From Candidatus Omnitrophota bacterium (lineage in GTDB: Bacteria; Omnitrophota; Gorgyraeia; Zapsychrales; JANLHA01): DNA of 32,000 nucleotides. Below are positions 9,272 to 16,871 of this stretch, piece by piece (position 1 is the first letter of the stretch; the number at the start of each line of letters is the position of its first letter). The notes below the pieces were generated by a model. That model did no database searches, was not told the DNA's origin, and was given only the letters and a program-made list of their open reading frames with translations. A program made the translations under genes and the position numbers. The DNA lies in contig OY759724.1 of NCBI GenBank assembly GCA_963662715.1, forward strand, positions 2,220,001 through 2,252,000. Reading direction: 5' to 3'.

Positions 9272-9291
9272 GCGCCCTGATGAGGGGGCGC
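9272..9291 (+). other. GC-rich stem-loop immediately downstream of the first GT9 gene
   Basis: GCGCCC (9272-9277) pairs with GGGCGC (9286-9291) around an 8-nt loop. It starts 8 nt after the TGA stop. No U-tract follows, so it is not a canonical intrinsic terminator. Confidence 0.3.
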
Positions 9292-9331
9292 GGATGCGGG
9301 ACAGAAACAGAAAAATTTTAAGCCGATAACT

Positions 9332-9360
9332 TTGATGGATTTATTTTTAAATCGTATTAA
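9332..9360 (+). promoter_or_regulatory. Candidate promoter inside the GT9 array
   Basis: TTGATG at 9332-9337, a 17-nt spacer, then TATTAA at 9355-9360. It lies within the AT-rich part of the 157-nt spacer upstream of the second GT9 gene. The match to consensus is only partial. Confidence 0.3.
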
Positions 9361-9421
9361 AATAGGGAAGAAGAATATTCTTTCATGATATCCTGTGGCC
9401 TGATTGCTTGGGACCGTCTTG

Positions 9422-10423
9422 ATGAAAATAAGCAAACCCAAAATTAAAAAGATTCTAGTTATCACACTGAGCAATATCGGTGATGTGATACTGACTTTCC
9501 CGGTCATTGACATCCTCAAGAGGGATTTCCCTAAAGCCAATTTGTCGGTGGTTGTCGGGCCTAAAGCGGAGAATTTGCTGAGCCGTAACCCCTATATCGA
9601 TCAGATTATCGTTTTTCAAAAGAAACAACCTTTTTTAAGAATGATCTCCTGGATTTTTTTGTTGCGCAGGAAGAATTATGACTTGGTCGTGGACTTGCGC
9701 AATACGATGATTCCTTTTCTCGTTTCGACCAAATATCTTACTTCGCCTTTTTTGAAAAGACAGCCGCATCGGCACATGCGCCAGCAGCATCTGTTGAGAT
9801 TGAAATCGCTGTACTCTTATAAGACCGTATCTCAGGAACGTTTTGCCCTGCATATACAGACAAATACCCGTTTGGCAACCACGAATATGATATGCAATGA
9901 AATCGGTGACCGGAAGAAATACATTGTTGTCGCTCCTGGCGCGGCAGACAGCAATAAGCGGTGGAGTGAGGAAAACTTTGCCAAACTCGCTGACGAACTC
10001 ATCCGGAAGCATGAAGTTCAAATAGCCTTTGTGGGCGACAAAAATGACCGTCCGGTCGCTGACGCCATCTGCCATCTCATGTCTCACCGGGCTGTGAACT
10101 TTTGTGGCCGCATAGATTTAATCCAATTGGCCGTCCTGTTGGAAAGAAGCTGCTTGGCTATCGTCAATGACAGTGCCCCTATGCATTTGGCTTCTTATCT
10201 TAATGTCCCGACGCTTGCCCTTTTCGGCCCAACAGATCCTCTGAAATACGGCCCTTGGTCTGAACAGAGCTGTGTCATTGAACGGAAAAAATCCTGTCCT
10301 GCTTGTCAAGGAAAGCCCGGCGTTAAGAGACACACATGCTTAAGCCAAATTAAGGTTGAAGACGCTCTCAACGCCTTTGAGTTGACCCCTGACGGCGTCC
10401 TTTTCCGTAATTCACAGCCGTAA
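9422..10423 (+). CDS. Glycosyltransferase family 9 (heptosyltransferase family), second tandem copy
   Basis: Motifs are KKILVITLSNIGDVILTFPVIDILKRDFP, VNDSAPMHLASYLN and LFGPTDP. The first ATG is at 9422, and the ORF track begins at TTG 9404. No strong SD sequence is seen. Confidence 0.8.
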   Translation: MKISKPKIKKILVITLSNIGDVILTFPVIDILKRDFPKANLSVVVGPKAENLLSRNPYIDQIIVFQKKQPFLRMISWIFLLRRKNYDLVVDLRNTMIPFLVSTKYLTSPFLKRQPHRHMRQQHLLRLKSLYSYKTVSQERFALHIQTNTRLATTNMICNEIGDRKKYIVVAPGAADSNKRWSEENFAKLADELIRKHEVQIAFVGDKNDRPVADAICHLMSHRAVNFCGRIDLIQLAVLLERSCLAIVNDSAPMHLASYLNVPTLALFGPTDPLKYGPWSEQSCVIERKKSCPACQGKPGVKRHTCLSQIKVEDALNAFELTPDGVLFRNSQP

Positions 10424-10459
10424 CTTAATTTTCTGTTGAACTCATCCCGCAAACACGCA

Positions 10460-11494
10460 ATGTATCGTAACATTCTTGTCATTAGAACGGATAGACTCGG
10501 AGACGTTGTTTTAACAACACCGGCCTTACGTGCCCTGAGGAAAAAATTCCCGGAGGCCCGAATCACTCTTCTTTTAGCTCCTTTAACGAAGGAGCTTGTG
10601 GAAGGTAATCCGTATATTGACCAGATACTGATAGATGACCGTCGTTGCACCCATAAAGGATGGCTTGGTTATATAAAACTTGTGAATCGTTTAAGACAAG
10701 AACATTTTGATCTGGTGATTAATTATCATACCAAGAAAAGGACAAACCTTTTATGCTGGTTTGCCGGTATTCCTGTCCGGATAGGATACAGAAATGATAA
10801 GTTTGGTTTTTTGTTGAATAAGCCTGTCCCTGACCGGCGCCCGGCAGGAGAAAAGCACGAAGCCCGGTATTGCCTGGATGTTTTAAAAGTTCTGGGTATT
10901 TCCGGGGAGGCCCTGGAGCTGTATGTCGCCACAAAAGATGATAATGATAAATGGGCCGAGGATTGGTTAAAGAGCAGACAACTCCCGATTGAGGGGAAAA
11001 TCGTGGCGGTTCATCCAGGGTCAAGCTGTCCCACAAAACAATGGCCGGTGGAGAGGTTTGTTGAGCTTATCCGCATTTTGAGATCGCGCTATCAGACAGA
11101 GATTGTTTTAGTGGGCGGGGCGGATGGCCGGAAGGCGGCTGCCCAAATTCAGAATGAGGTTCAGGGGCCTCTTTTCAGCTTGGTAGGGGAGACGAGTGTC
11201 GGGCAATTAACCAGTCTTTTAAAGAAATGTGCTCTTTTGATATCCAATGATTCCGGCCCGGTTCATATAGCTGCGGCTCTGGGAACGCCTGTTGTTTCTA
11301 TTTTTACCAGGAATCAGCCGGGCATTAACCCCGAACGCTGGTGTCCTCTGGGACCGAAAAGCCGATATGTGGCTCCGCCTGTGGATATGAGTCTGTCCTT
11401 TGCCCAGGGAACGATTGATCATCCGGATTTCCTGTATAAAATGACCGTTAAGGACGTTTTGCTGGCAGTTGACGCTTTATATAAACTATGTTAG
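10460..11494 (+). CDS. Glycosyltransferase family 9 (heptosyltransferase family), third tandem copy
   Basis: Motifs are ILVIRTDRLGDVVLTTPALRALRKKFP, HEARYCLDVLKVLG and ISNDSGPVHIAAALG. The first ATG is at 10460, and the ORF track begins at TTG 10436. Confidence 0.85.
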   Translation: MYRNILVIRTDRLGDVVLTTPALRALRKKFPEARITLLLAPLTKELVEGNPYIDQILIDDRRCTHKGWLGYIKLVNRLRQEHFDLVINYHTKKRTNLLCWFAGIPVRIGYRNDKFGFLLNKPVPDRRPAGEKHEARYCLDVLKVLGISGEALELYVATKDDNDKWAEDWLKSRQLPIEGKIVAVHPGSSCPTKQWPVERFVELIRILRSRYQTEIVLVGGADGRKAAAQIQNEVQGPLFSLVGETSVGQLTSLLKKCALLISNDSGPVHIAAALGTPVVSIFTRNQPGINPERWCPLGPKSRYVAPPVDMSLSFAQGTIDHPDFLYKMTVKDVLLAVDALYKLC

Positions 11495-11551
11495 AATCAT
11501 CCTTCTTATTCTAGATCTTTTTATTAAGATAAAATATTTAAAATCAATAGG

Positions 11552-12586
11552 ATGAATCCCTATAAAAAGCTAATAAAACAGTTTAAAAAGAAGAGAATCC
11601 TGGTTATCGGGGATGTTATCCTTGATCAGCATATTCAAGGCGTTGTGTCCAGGATATCCCCGGAGGCTCCGGTTCCGGTTGTGCTCCAAAAGCAGGACCC
11701 GACCTTTTCTCCCGGAGGTGCGGCGAATGTCGCGAACAATTTAAGAGTTCTGGGAGCAAAAGTTTTACTGGTCGGCCGGGTAGGAAAGGACCAGGAAGGG
11801 AAAATTCTGCAGACATGCTTAAAAGAAAGCGGGCTTTCAACACTGGGCGTGTTTGTGGACCGCTTTTCGCCGACCATCGTTAAAACCAGGATTATCGCCC
11901 AGCACCAGCAGGTCTTGCGGCTTGACCGGGAAAAGGTTGCCCCTTCGGAAGACAAGAAATTTTATCCCAAAGTGCTGAGTTTTTTAAAAAGAAATATTCA
12001 CCGCTTTGACGCTGTCATTATCTCTGATTACGGGAAGGGGATGATCACCCGCAACCTTGTTGAGGAAAGCTGCGCCCTTGCTTTAGAAAACAATAAAATC
12101 CTGACAGTCGATCCCAAGGTGGAACATTTTGCCTATTATTCAGGAGTGACGGCCATAACCCCCAACCGCAGCGAAGCGGAAAATGCGATTCGTAATATTA
12201 AAATCACACATAACGGCAAACGAAAACTTGCTTTAACCAGCGACCGGTTAGAGACCATCGCGGATGTGGAAAAGGCCGGGAAGCAGCTGTTGAGATTTAT
12301 GAATTTGTCATCTTTGTTGATTACCTTGGGAGAATACGGGTTGATGCTTTTCGAAAAAGGGAAGAAACCGGTCCGGATCCCGACCAAAGCCCAGGACGTT
12401 TTTGATGTGACCGGGGCCGGGGATACGGTGATTTCCGTTTTTACTTTGGGCCTGACGACCGGGGCGACAATGTTTCAGGCGGCGGATTTGGCCAATTATG
12501 CGGCGGGCATTGTTGTCGGGAAAATGGGCGCTGTTTCAGTGACCCCGAAGGAACTGCTAGATGTGACGCAGCGTCCCGGGGCATAA
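11552..12586 (+). CDS. hldA: D-glycero-beta-D-manno-heptose-7-phosphate kinase (PfkB family; RfaE/HldE domain I only, HldA type)
   Basis: Motifs are ILVIGDVILDQHIQG, ITPNRSEAE and the PfkB signature DVTGAGDTVIS. At 344 aa it has kinase-domain length with no C-terminal adenylyltransferase domain. Confidence 0.8.
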   Translation: MNPYKKLIKQFKKKRILVIGDVILDQHIQGVVSRISPEAPVPVVLQKQDPTFSPGGAANVANNLRVLGAKVLLVGRVGKDQEGKILQTCLKESGLSTLGVFVDRFSPTIVKTRIIAQHQQVLRLDREKVAPSEDKKFYPKVLSFLKRNIHRFDAVIISDYGKGMITRNLVEESCALALENNKILTVDPKVEHFAYYSGVTAITPNRSEAENAIRNIKITHNGKRKLALTSDRLETIADVEKAGKQLLRFMNLSSLLITLGEYGLMLFEKGKKPVRIPTKAQDVFDVTGAGDTVISVFTLGLTTGATMFQAADLANYAAGIVVGKMGAVSVTPKELLDVTQRPGA

Positions 12587-12619
12587 GAGAGGACGTTACA
12601 GTTATATGAGGAGTGAGCC

Positions 12620-13360
12620 ATGAAGATCATCGGAGTGATTCCGGCCCGTTACGGATCGACAAGAATGCCGGCGAAAGTCCTGGCGCTGATCCAGGGGCGT
12701 CCCATGATTGAGCACGTTTACCGGCAGGCGAAAAAATGCCGGCTTTTGGATGAAGTTTTTATTGCCTGTGATGACCAGCGGGTTATGGACGCGGCCCTTG
12801 GTTTCGGGGCCCGAGCCGTTATGACCTCCCCGGACCACGCTTCCGGGACAGACAGGATCGCCGAAGCCTCGGCGAACATTCCGGCGGAGATCATCATCAA
12901 TATCCAGGGGGATGAACCTCTTGTCCATCCTGATATGATTGACGCCCTGGCCCGGGGTATAAAAGAAGATGATGGTTGTTTTATGGCCACGGTTGCCAGG
13001 CGCATCACGGATGAGGAGGATGTCGGTAATCCCAATGTTGTTAAAGTTGTTTTGAATCAAAGAGGAGACGCTTTGTATTTTTCCCGTTCGGCGATCCCGT
13101 TTAACAGGGATAATGCGGATGTGTCGCAATTGAGCTATTATAAACATTTCGGGATTTATGCTTACCGTAAATCCTTTTTGCTGTCATTAAAAGATTTTCC
13201 CCCTTCGCTCCTGGAGCAGACGGAGAAGCTGGAACAGCTTCGTGTCCTGGAAGCAGGGTATGATATTAAAGTGCTTATCACCGAGCATGACACGATCAGC
13301 GTGGACACCAGGGAAGACCTGACCCGTGTCGAATTTTTTCTCGGCGCAAGGAAAGTATAG
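12620..13360 (+). CDS. kdsB: 3-deoxy-manno-octulosonate cytidylyltransferase (CMP-Kdo synthetase)
   Basis: The N-terminus is IGVIPARYGSTRMPAKVL, and IINIQGDEPLV is also present. GAGGAG lies 7 nt upstream of the ATG. Length is 246 aa. Confidence 0.9.
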   Translation: MKIIGVIPARYGSTRMPAKVLALIQGRPMIEHVYRQAKKCRLLDEVFIACDDQRVMDAALGFGARAVMTSPDHASGTDRIAEASANIPAEIIINIQGDEPLVHPDMIDALARGIKEDDGCFMATVARRITDEEDVGNPNVVKVVLNQRGDALYFSRSAIPFNRDNADVSQLSYYKHFGIYAYRKSFLLSLKDFPPSLLEQTEKLEQLRVLEAGYDIKVLITEHDTISVDTREDLTRVEFFLGARKV

Positions 13361-13454
13361 CGATTGTTTGTTATCCTGACGCCGGGGGATTTTTGTTTTT
13401 TGGGGTGAATTTAAGCAGGAGGCTCCTGTCTTTTTCGGAAAGGATGCAAAGCCG

Positions 13455-14309
13455 ATGACAATGATTAAATTGCAAGACATGAAAATCGGGGGCGGACACC
13501 CGTTCGTTCTCATCGCCGGCCCCTGTGTTATTGAGAATGAAAAGACAGTTTTCCTGATCGCCGAAACCCTGAAAGATATTACGGGCCGTTTGAAAATCCC
13601 TTTCATTTTTAAAGCGAGTTATGATAAAGCCAACCGGACGTCCATTCAGTCGTTTCGGGGCCCGGGCATTAAAAAGGGGTTGAAAATCCTTGCGAAGATT
13701 AAAAAGACACTGCAGGTCCCGGTGACGAGTGACGTTCATTGTGTCGCGGACGTTGACCAGGCGGCAGAAGTGCTGGACATCATCCAGATCCCGGCGTTCC
13801 TTTGCCGGCAGACAGATCTATTGGTCAAGGCCGCCAGGACAAAAAAGATTATTAACGTTAAAAAGGGCCAGTTTTTGGCGCCTTGGGACATGAAATCTGT
13901 TGCTGAAAAAATACAGCAGAGCGGGAATACAAGAATTATCCTGACAGACCGGGGGTGTTCGTTCGGCTACAATAATCTTGTGAGTGATTTTCGGTCTCTG
14001 GCCGTCATGCGTGGTTTGGGGTATCCGGTCTGTTTTGATGCTTCGCACAGCGTTCAGCAGCCCGGCGGTTTAGGGACGGCTTCCGGAGGCAAACGGGAGT
14101 TTATCCCTCTCTTGGCCCGTTGCGGTGCTGCCGCCGGGTGTGATGCGATATTCATGGAAGTGCATTCTCGTCCTCAAGACGCTTTGTCTGACGGTCCTAA
14201 TATGCTGCCCTTAAAGGACCTGGAGGGCCTTTTCGTTGACCTTGTGGCCATTGATACGGTCGTTAAAAGGGAGCACGGGGCCCTGCGGAAATCCGGGAAA
14301 ACAAAATAA
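13455..14309 (+). CDS. kdsA: 2-dehydro-3-deoxyphosphooctonate aldolase (Kdo-8-phosphate synthase)
   Basis: Motifs are PFVLIAGPCVIE, FKASYDKANRTS, IPAFLCRQTDL and FDASHSVQ. Length is 284 aa. Confidence 0.9.
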   Translation: MTMIKLQDMKIGGGHPFVLIAGPCVIENEKTVFLIAETLKDITGRLKIPFIFKASYDKANRTSIQSFRGPGIKKGLKILAKIKKTLQVPVTSDVHCVADVDQAAEVLDIIQIPAFLCRQTDLLVKAARTKKIINVKKGQFLAPWDMKSVAEKIQQSGNTRIILTDRGCSFGYNNLVSDFRSLAVMRGLGYPVCFDASHSVQQPGGLGTASGGKREFIPLLARCGAAAGCDAIFMEVHSRPQDALSDGPNMLPLKDLEGLFVDLVAIDTVVKREHGALRKSGKTK

Positions 14310-15268
14310 TGTCTATCAGTAAAGCCAAAGAAGTCATTGATATTGAAGCCGCTGCCGTTAAGGGGTTGAAAAAGCATCTGGATCATAATTTTACGGATGC
14401 CGTTGACTTAATGATCTCTTGTGAAGGGCGGGTGATCGTTACCGGGATGGGCAAGACAGGAATTGTCGGCCGGAAGATTGCCGCCACCCTGTCTTCAACC
14501 GGGACTCCGAGCATTTTTATGCATAGCGCTGAGGCCGTTCATGGGGACCTGGGGCAGGTAACAAGGTCTGATGTCCTTATGGTTATTTCCAACAGCGGAG
14601 AGACGGAAGAAACCACCCGTCTGCTTCCGCTGGTAAAGAAGATTGGAGCGAAGACCATTGCTTTGACGGCTAACCCGCATTCCAACCTGGCCAAACACAG
14701 TGATGTGATTTTAAACATCGCGGTCGAACAGGAGGGGTGTCCTCTGGGGCTGGCCCCGATGGCCTCAACGACAGCGACCCTCGTTATGGGCGATGCGTTG
14801 GCGGCCTGTCTTATTGTGCGCCGGGGATTTAAGAAAGAGGATTTCGCTTTTTATCATCCCGGCGGGGCTCTGGGGCGGAGGTTGTTGCTAAAGGTTGAAG
14901 ATATCATGAGAAAGGAAGGGTTTTTCCCCCGGGTAGAAGAAGACATGTTTGTCAAGGATGTGCTTTTTGCGATTACACGCTCCAGATGCGGCTCCGCTAT
15001 CGTGGTCAACCCCAAAGGGGTTTTGGTCGGCATTTTCACCGACGGGGATCTAAGGCGCCACCTGGAAGAGGACCGTGACCTGCTGAAACGCAAGGTGGAA
15101 GAAGTTATGACGAGGAATCCGACTACGATACGTTCAGACAAGCTCGCCGTGGAAGCCTTTACCTTGTTGCAGGACAGGAAGGTCGATGAGCTGCCGGTTG
15201 TCAACCCGAAAGGCCAGGCCGTGGGATTGCTGGATATTCAGGATTTATTAAGAGCGGGTTTGTTTTAA
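14309..15268 (+). CDS. kdsD: Arabinose-5-phosphate isomerase (SIS domain plus tandem CBS domains)
   Basis: The SIS motif TGMGKTGIVGRKIAATLSSTGTPS is present, with a C-terminal CBS pair. The start overlaps the kdsA stop (TAATG). Length is 319 aa. Confidence 0.9.
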   Translation: MSISKAKEVIDIEAAAVKGLKKHLDHNFTDAVDLMISCEGRVIVTGMGKTGIVGRKIAATLSSTGTPSIFMHSAEAVHGDLGQVTRSDVLMVISNSGETEETTRLLPLVKKIGAKTIALTANPHSNLAKHSDVILNIAVEQEGCPLGLAPMASTTATLVMGDALAACLIVRRGFKKEDFAFYHPGGALGRRLLLKVEDIMRKEGFFPRVEEDMFVKDVLFAITRSRCGSAIVVNPKGVLVGIFTDGDLRRHLEEDRDLLKRKVEEVMTRNPTTIRSDKLAVEAFTLLQDRKVDELPVVNPKGQAVGLLDIQDLLRAGLF

Positions 15269-15291
15269 CGAGAATTCCTTAAGGATAAAAA

Positions 15292-15804
15292 ATGAATGAC
15301 AAAATGGAACGCATAAAAGTTTTGGCTTTGGATGTGGATGGCGTTTTGACCGACGGCCGTATTGTTTATAATTCCCTTGGTCATGAAATTAAATCTTTCG
15401 ATGTCCAGGACGGCTATGGAATTATCCTTTGGCGCCGGTTAGGGCTGAAAACCGCTATCCTTTCCGCCCGTTCGGCCAAGCCGGTTGATATCCGGGCGCA
15501 GGATTTAAAAATTGACAGGATTTATCAGAATGCTTATCCCAAGATAGACACCTACGAAACCCTGCTGGCCGATTTTGAGGTGGGCGATGAAAATGTCTGT
15601 TTTATCGGAGATGATCTGCCTGATCTGGCCGTGCTCAAACGGGCCGGGTTTTCTGTGGCCGTGGCCAATGCGAATCAGGAGATTAAGACTGTTGTTGATC
15701 ATGTGACGGAGAAACCCGGCGGGCGCGGGGCTGTCCGGGAAGTTATTGAAATGATTCTTAAACACCAGGGGCGATGGCAAGATGTCATTCATATGCACGA
15801 ATAA
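15292..15804 (+). CDS. kdsC: 3-deoxy-D-manno-octulosonate 8-phosphate phosphatase (HAD superfamily)
   Basis: The HAD motif I LALDVDGVLTDG is present, together with FIGDDLPDL. Length is 170 aa, and the gene sits after kdsD as in the E. coli kdsD-kdsC-lptC-lptA-lptB arrangement. Confidence 0.85.
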   Translation: MNDKMERIKVLALDVDGVLTDGRIVYNSLGHEIKSFDVQDGYGIILWRRLGLKTAILSARSAKPVDIRAQDLKIDRIYQNAYPKIDTYETLLADFEVGDENVCFIGDDLPDLAVLKRAGFSVAVANANQEIKTVVDHVTEKPGGRGAVREVIEMILKHQGRWQDVIHMHE

Positions 15805-16654
15805 TTTGAAATATTGGCAGCGGATCGTCAACGTGTCGGTTGTCTCCGCGGTTCTGCTGTTGGCCGGTCCGGGTTTGGCCCAGGGGGTCGGACAGCAATT
15901 TGAGGGGTTTAACCTTCAGGGCTTCGAGGATGACGGCCGAAAGAAGTGGGATCTTCGCGGAGATACGGCCAACATTTTTGGGGAACAGATTGAGATCACG
16001 AATGTTGATGCCAATCATTACGGGGCTCAACCGATGAACCTCAAAGCCCGTACCGGAACCATCGATAAGGCCAGCGGAGATATTCAGCTGAAAGAGAATG
16101 TTGTCATTACGTCTGAACAAGGCGCTCGGATGACTACGGAGTCATTGGATTGGTATAAAGAAAAGGATCTTATCGAAACGAGCGACCGGGTCGTGCTGTC
16201 GGACCAGCGTTTAACTGCAACAGGAACAGGGCTGCGCGCCAGCCCGGGACTCATGGTGGCCCAGATGAATGAAGATGTCACCATCAAGGTTAAACCGGCT
16301 CCGGAGAAGGATGACCAGCCGCCGGTCACGATTACCTGTGACGGGCCTCTGGAAATTGACCAGAAAAAGAATAAGGCTATTTTAAAAGATAACGTGGTCG
16401 CCGTTCAGGGGGAAAGGATCCTCAAGGCCGATGAAATCCAGGTCTATTTCGATCCCGAAACCCAGCAGGTTAAGAAAATGATCTGCGCGGGAAATGTGGA
16501 AATTATTCAGGGAGCCAACAAGACGTATTCGCAGAGGGCCGTCTATGAGGCGGACAGCCAGAAGCTTGTTTTGACCGGAAGTCCCAAAATCACCCTGATC
16601 ACATCCGGCGAAGGGAGTGTCGAGTCGTTGATGAAGGATGAAAAGTCAGATTAG
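15782..16654 (+). CDS. Periplasmic LPS-transport protein with an LptC-like N-terminal half and an LptA/OstA-like C-terminal half
   Basis: The N-terminus looks like a signal peptide or anchor (VVSAVLLLAGPGLAQG). Residues ~38-170 fit an LptC-like pattern (TTESLDWYKEKDLIETSDRVVLSDQRLTATGTGLRA). A Pro-rich linker KPAPEKDDQPP follows. Residues ~182-275 fit an LptA-like pattern (ITCDGPLEIDQKKNKAILKDNVVAVQGERILKADEIQVYF...AGNVEIIQG...AVYEADSQKLVLTGSP). The ORF sits between kdsC and lptB. The start is ambiguous: ATG 15782 overlaps kdsC by 23 nt, and TTG 15806 is the alternative. Confidence 0.6.
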   Translation: MSFICTNNLKYWQRIVNVSVVSAVLLLAGPGLAQGVGQQFEGFNLQGFEDDGRKKWDLRGDTANIFGEQIEITNVDANHYGAQPMNLKARTGTIDKASGDIQLKENVVITSEQGARMTTESLDWYKEKDLIETSDRVVLSDQRLTATGTGLRASPGLMVAQMNEDVTIKVKPAPEKDDQPPVTITCDGPLEIDQKKNKAILKDNVVAVQGERILKADEIQVYFDPETQQVKKMICAGNVEIIQGANKTYSQRAVYEADSQKLVLTGSPKITLITSGEGSVESLMKDEKSD

Positions 16655-16871
16655 GTAAGGGTTTAGGACAAAAGGGGCTCCGGACAGGTTTTGGGGGAAA
16701 TAAATACTGAAATTCCTTTTCATTTATTAAAATTGTACTATAATTGTTAGATATTTTTCAGCGGTCTCTGAAAAGGATGTGTCGCAAGGCAGCGGAAAAA
16801 ACGGATGGGCCTTAAGAGGGTTGAACCGTTTCAATTGTCATTCTAGCGGTTGATTCATGTGAGATAATATT

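Noticed and set aside
9277-9284. CTGATGAG, identical to the hammerhead ribozyme core box, sits in the loop of the 9272-9291 hairpin.
   Set aside because: I could not build the rest of a hammerhead. There is no convincing stem II closed before a GAAA box, and no stem III with a cleavage triplet in register. A single 8-mer match is expected by chance.
13416-13435. A small hairpin (CAGGA-GGC-TCCTG) followed by TTTTT between kdsB and kdsA. A similar AU-rich hairpin lies at 19220-19234.
   Set aside because: The stems are only 5-6 bp, and the second is AU-rich. The second also overlaps the next gene's SD sequence. Both are too weak to call as terminators without a computed folding energy or Term-seq data.
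16777-16815. A 12-codon mini-ORF (MCRKAAEKTDGP) in the lptC/A-lptB spacer.
   Set aside because: It is too short, and its SD-like AAAGGA abuts the ATG with no spacing. Nothing suggests a leader peptide, such as runs of regulatory codons.
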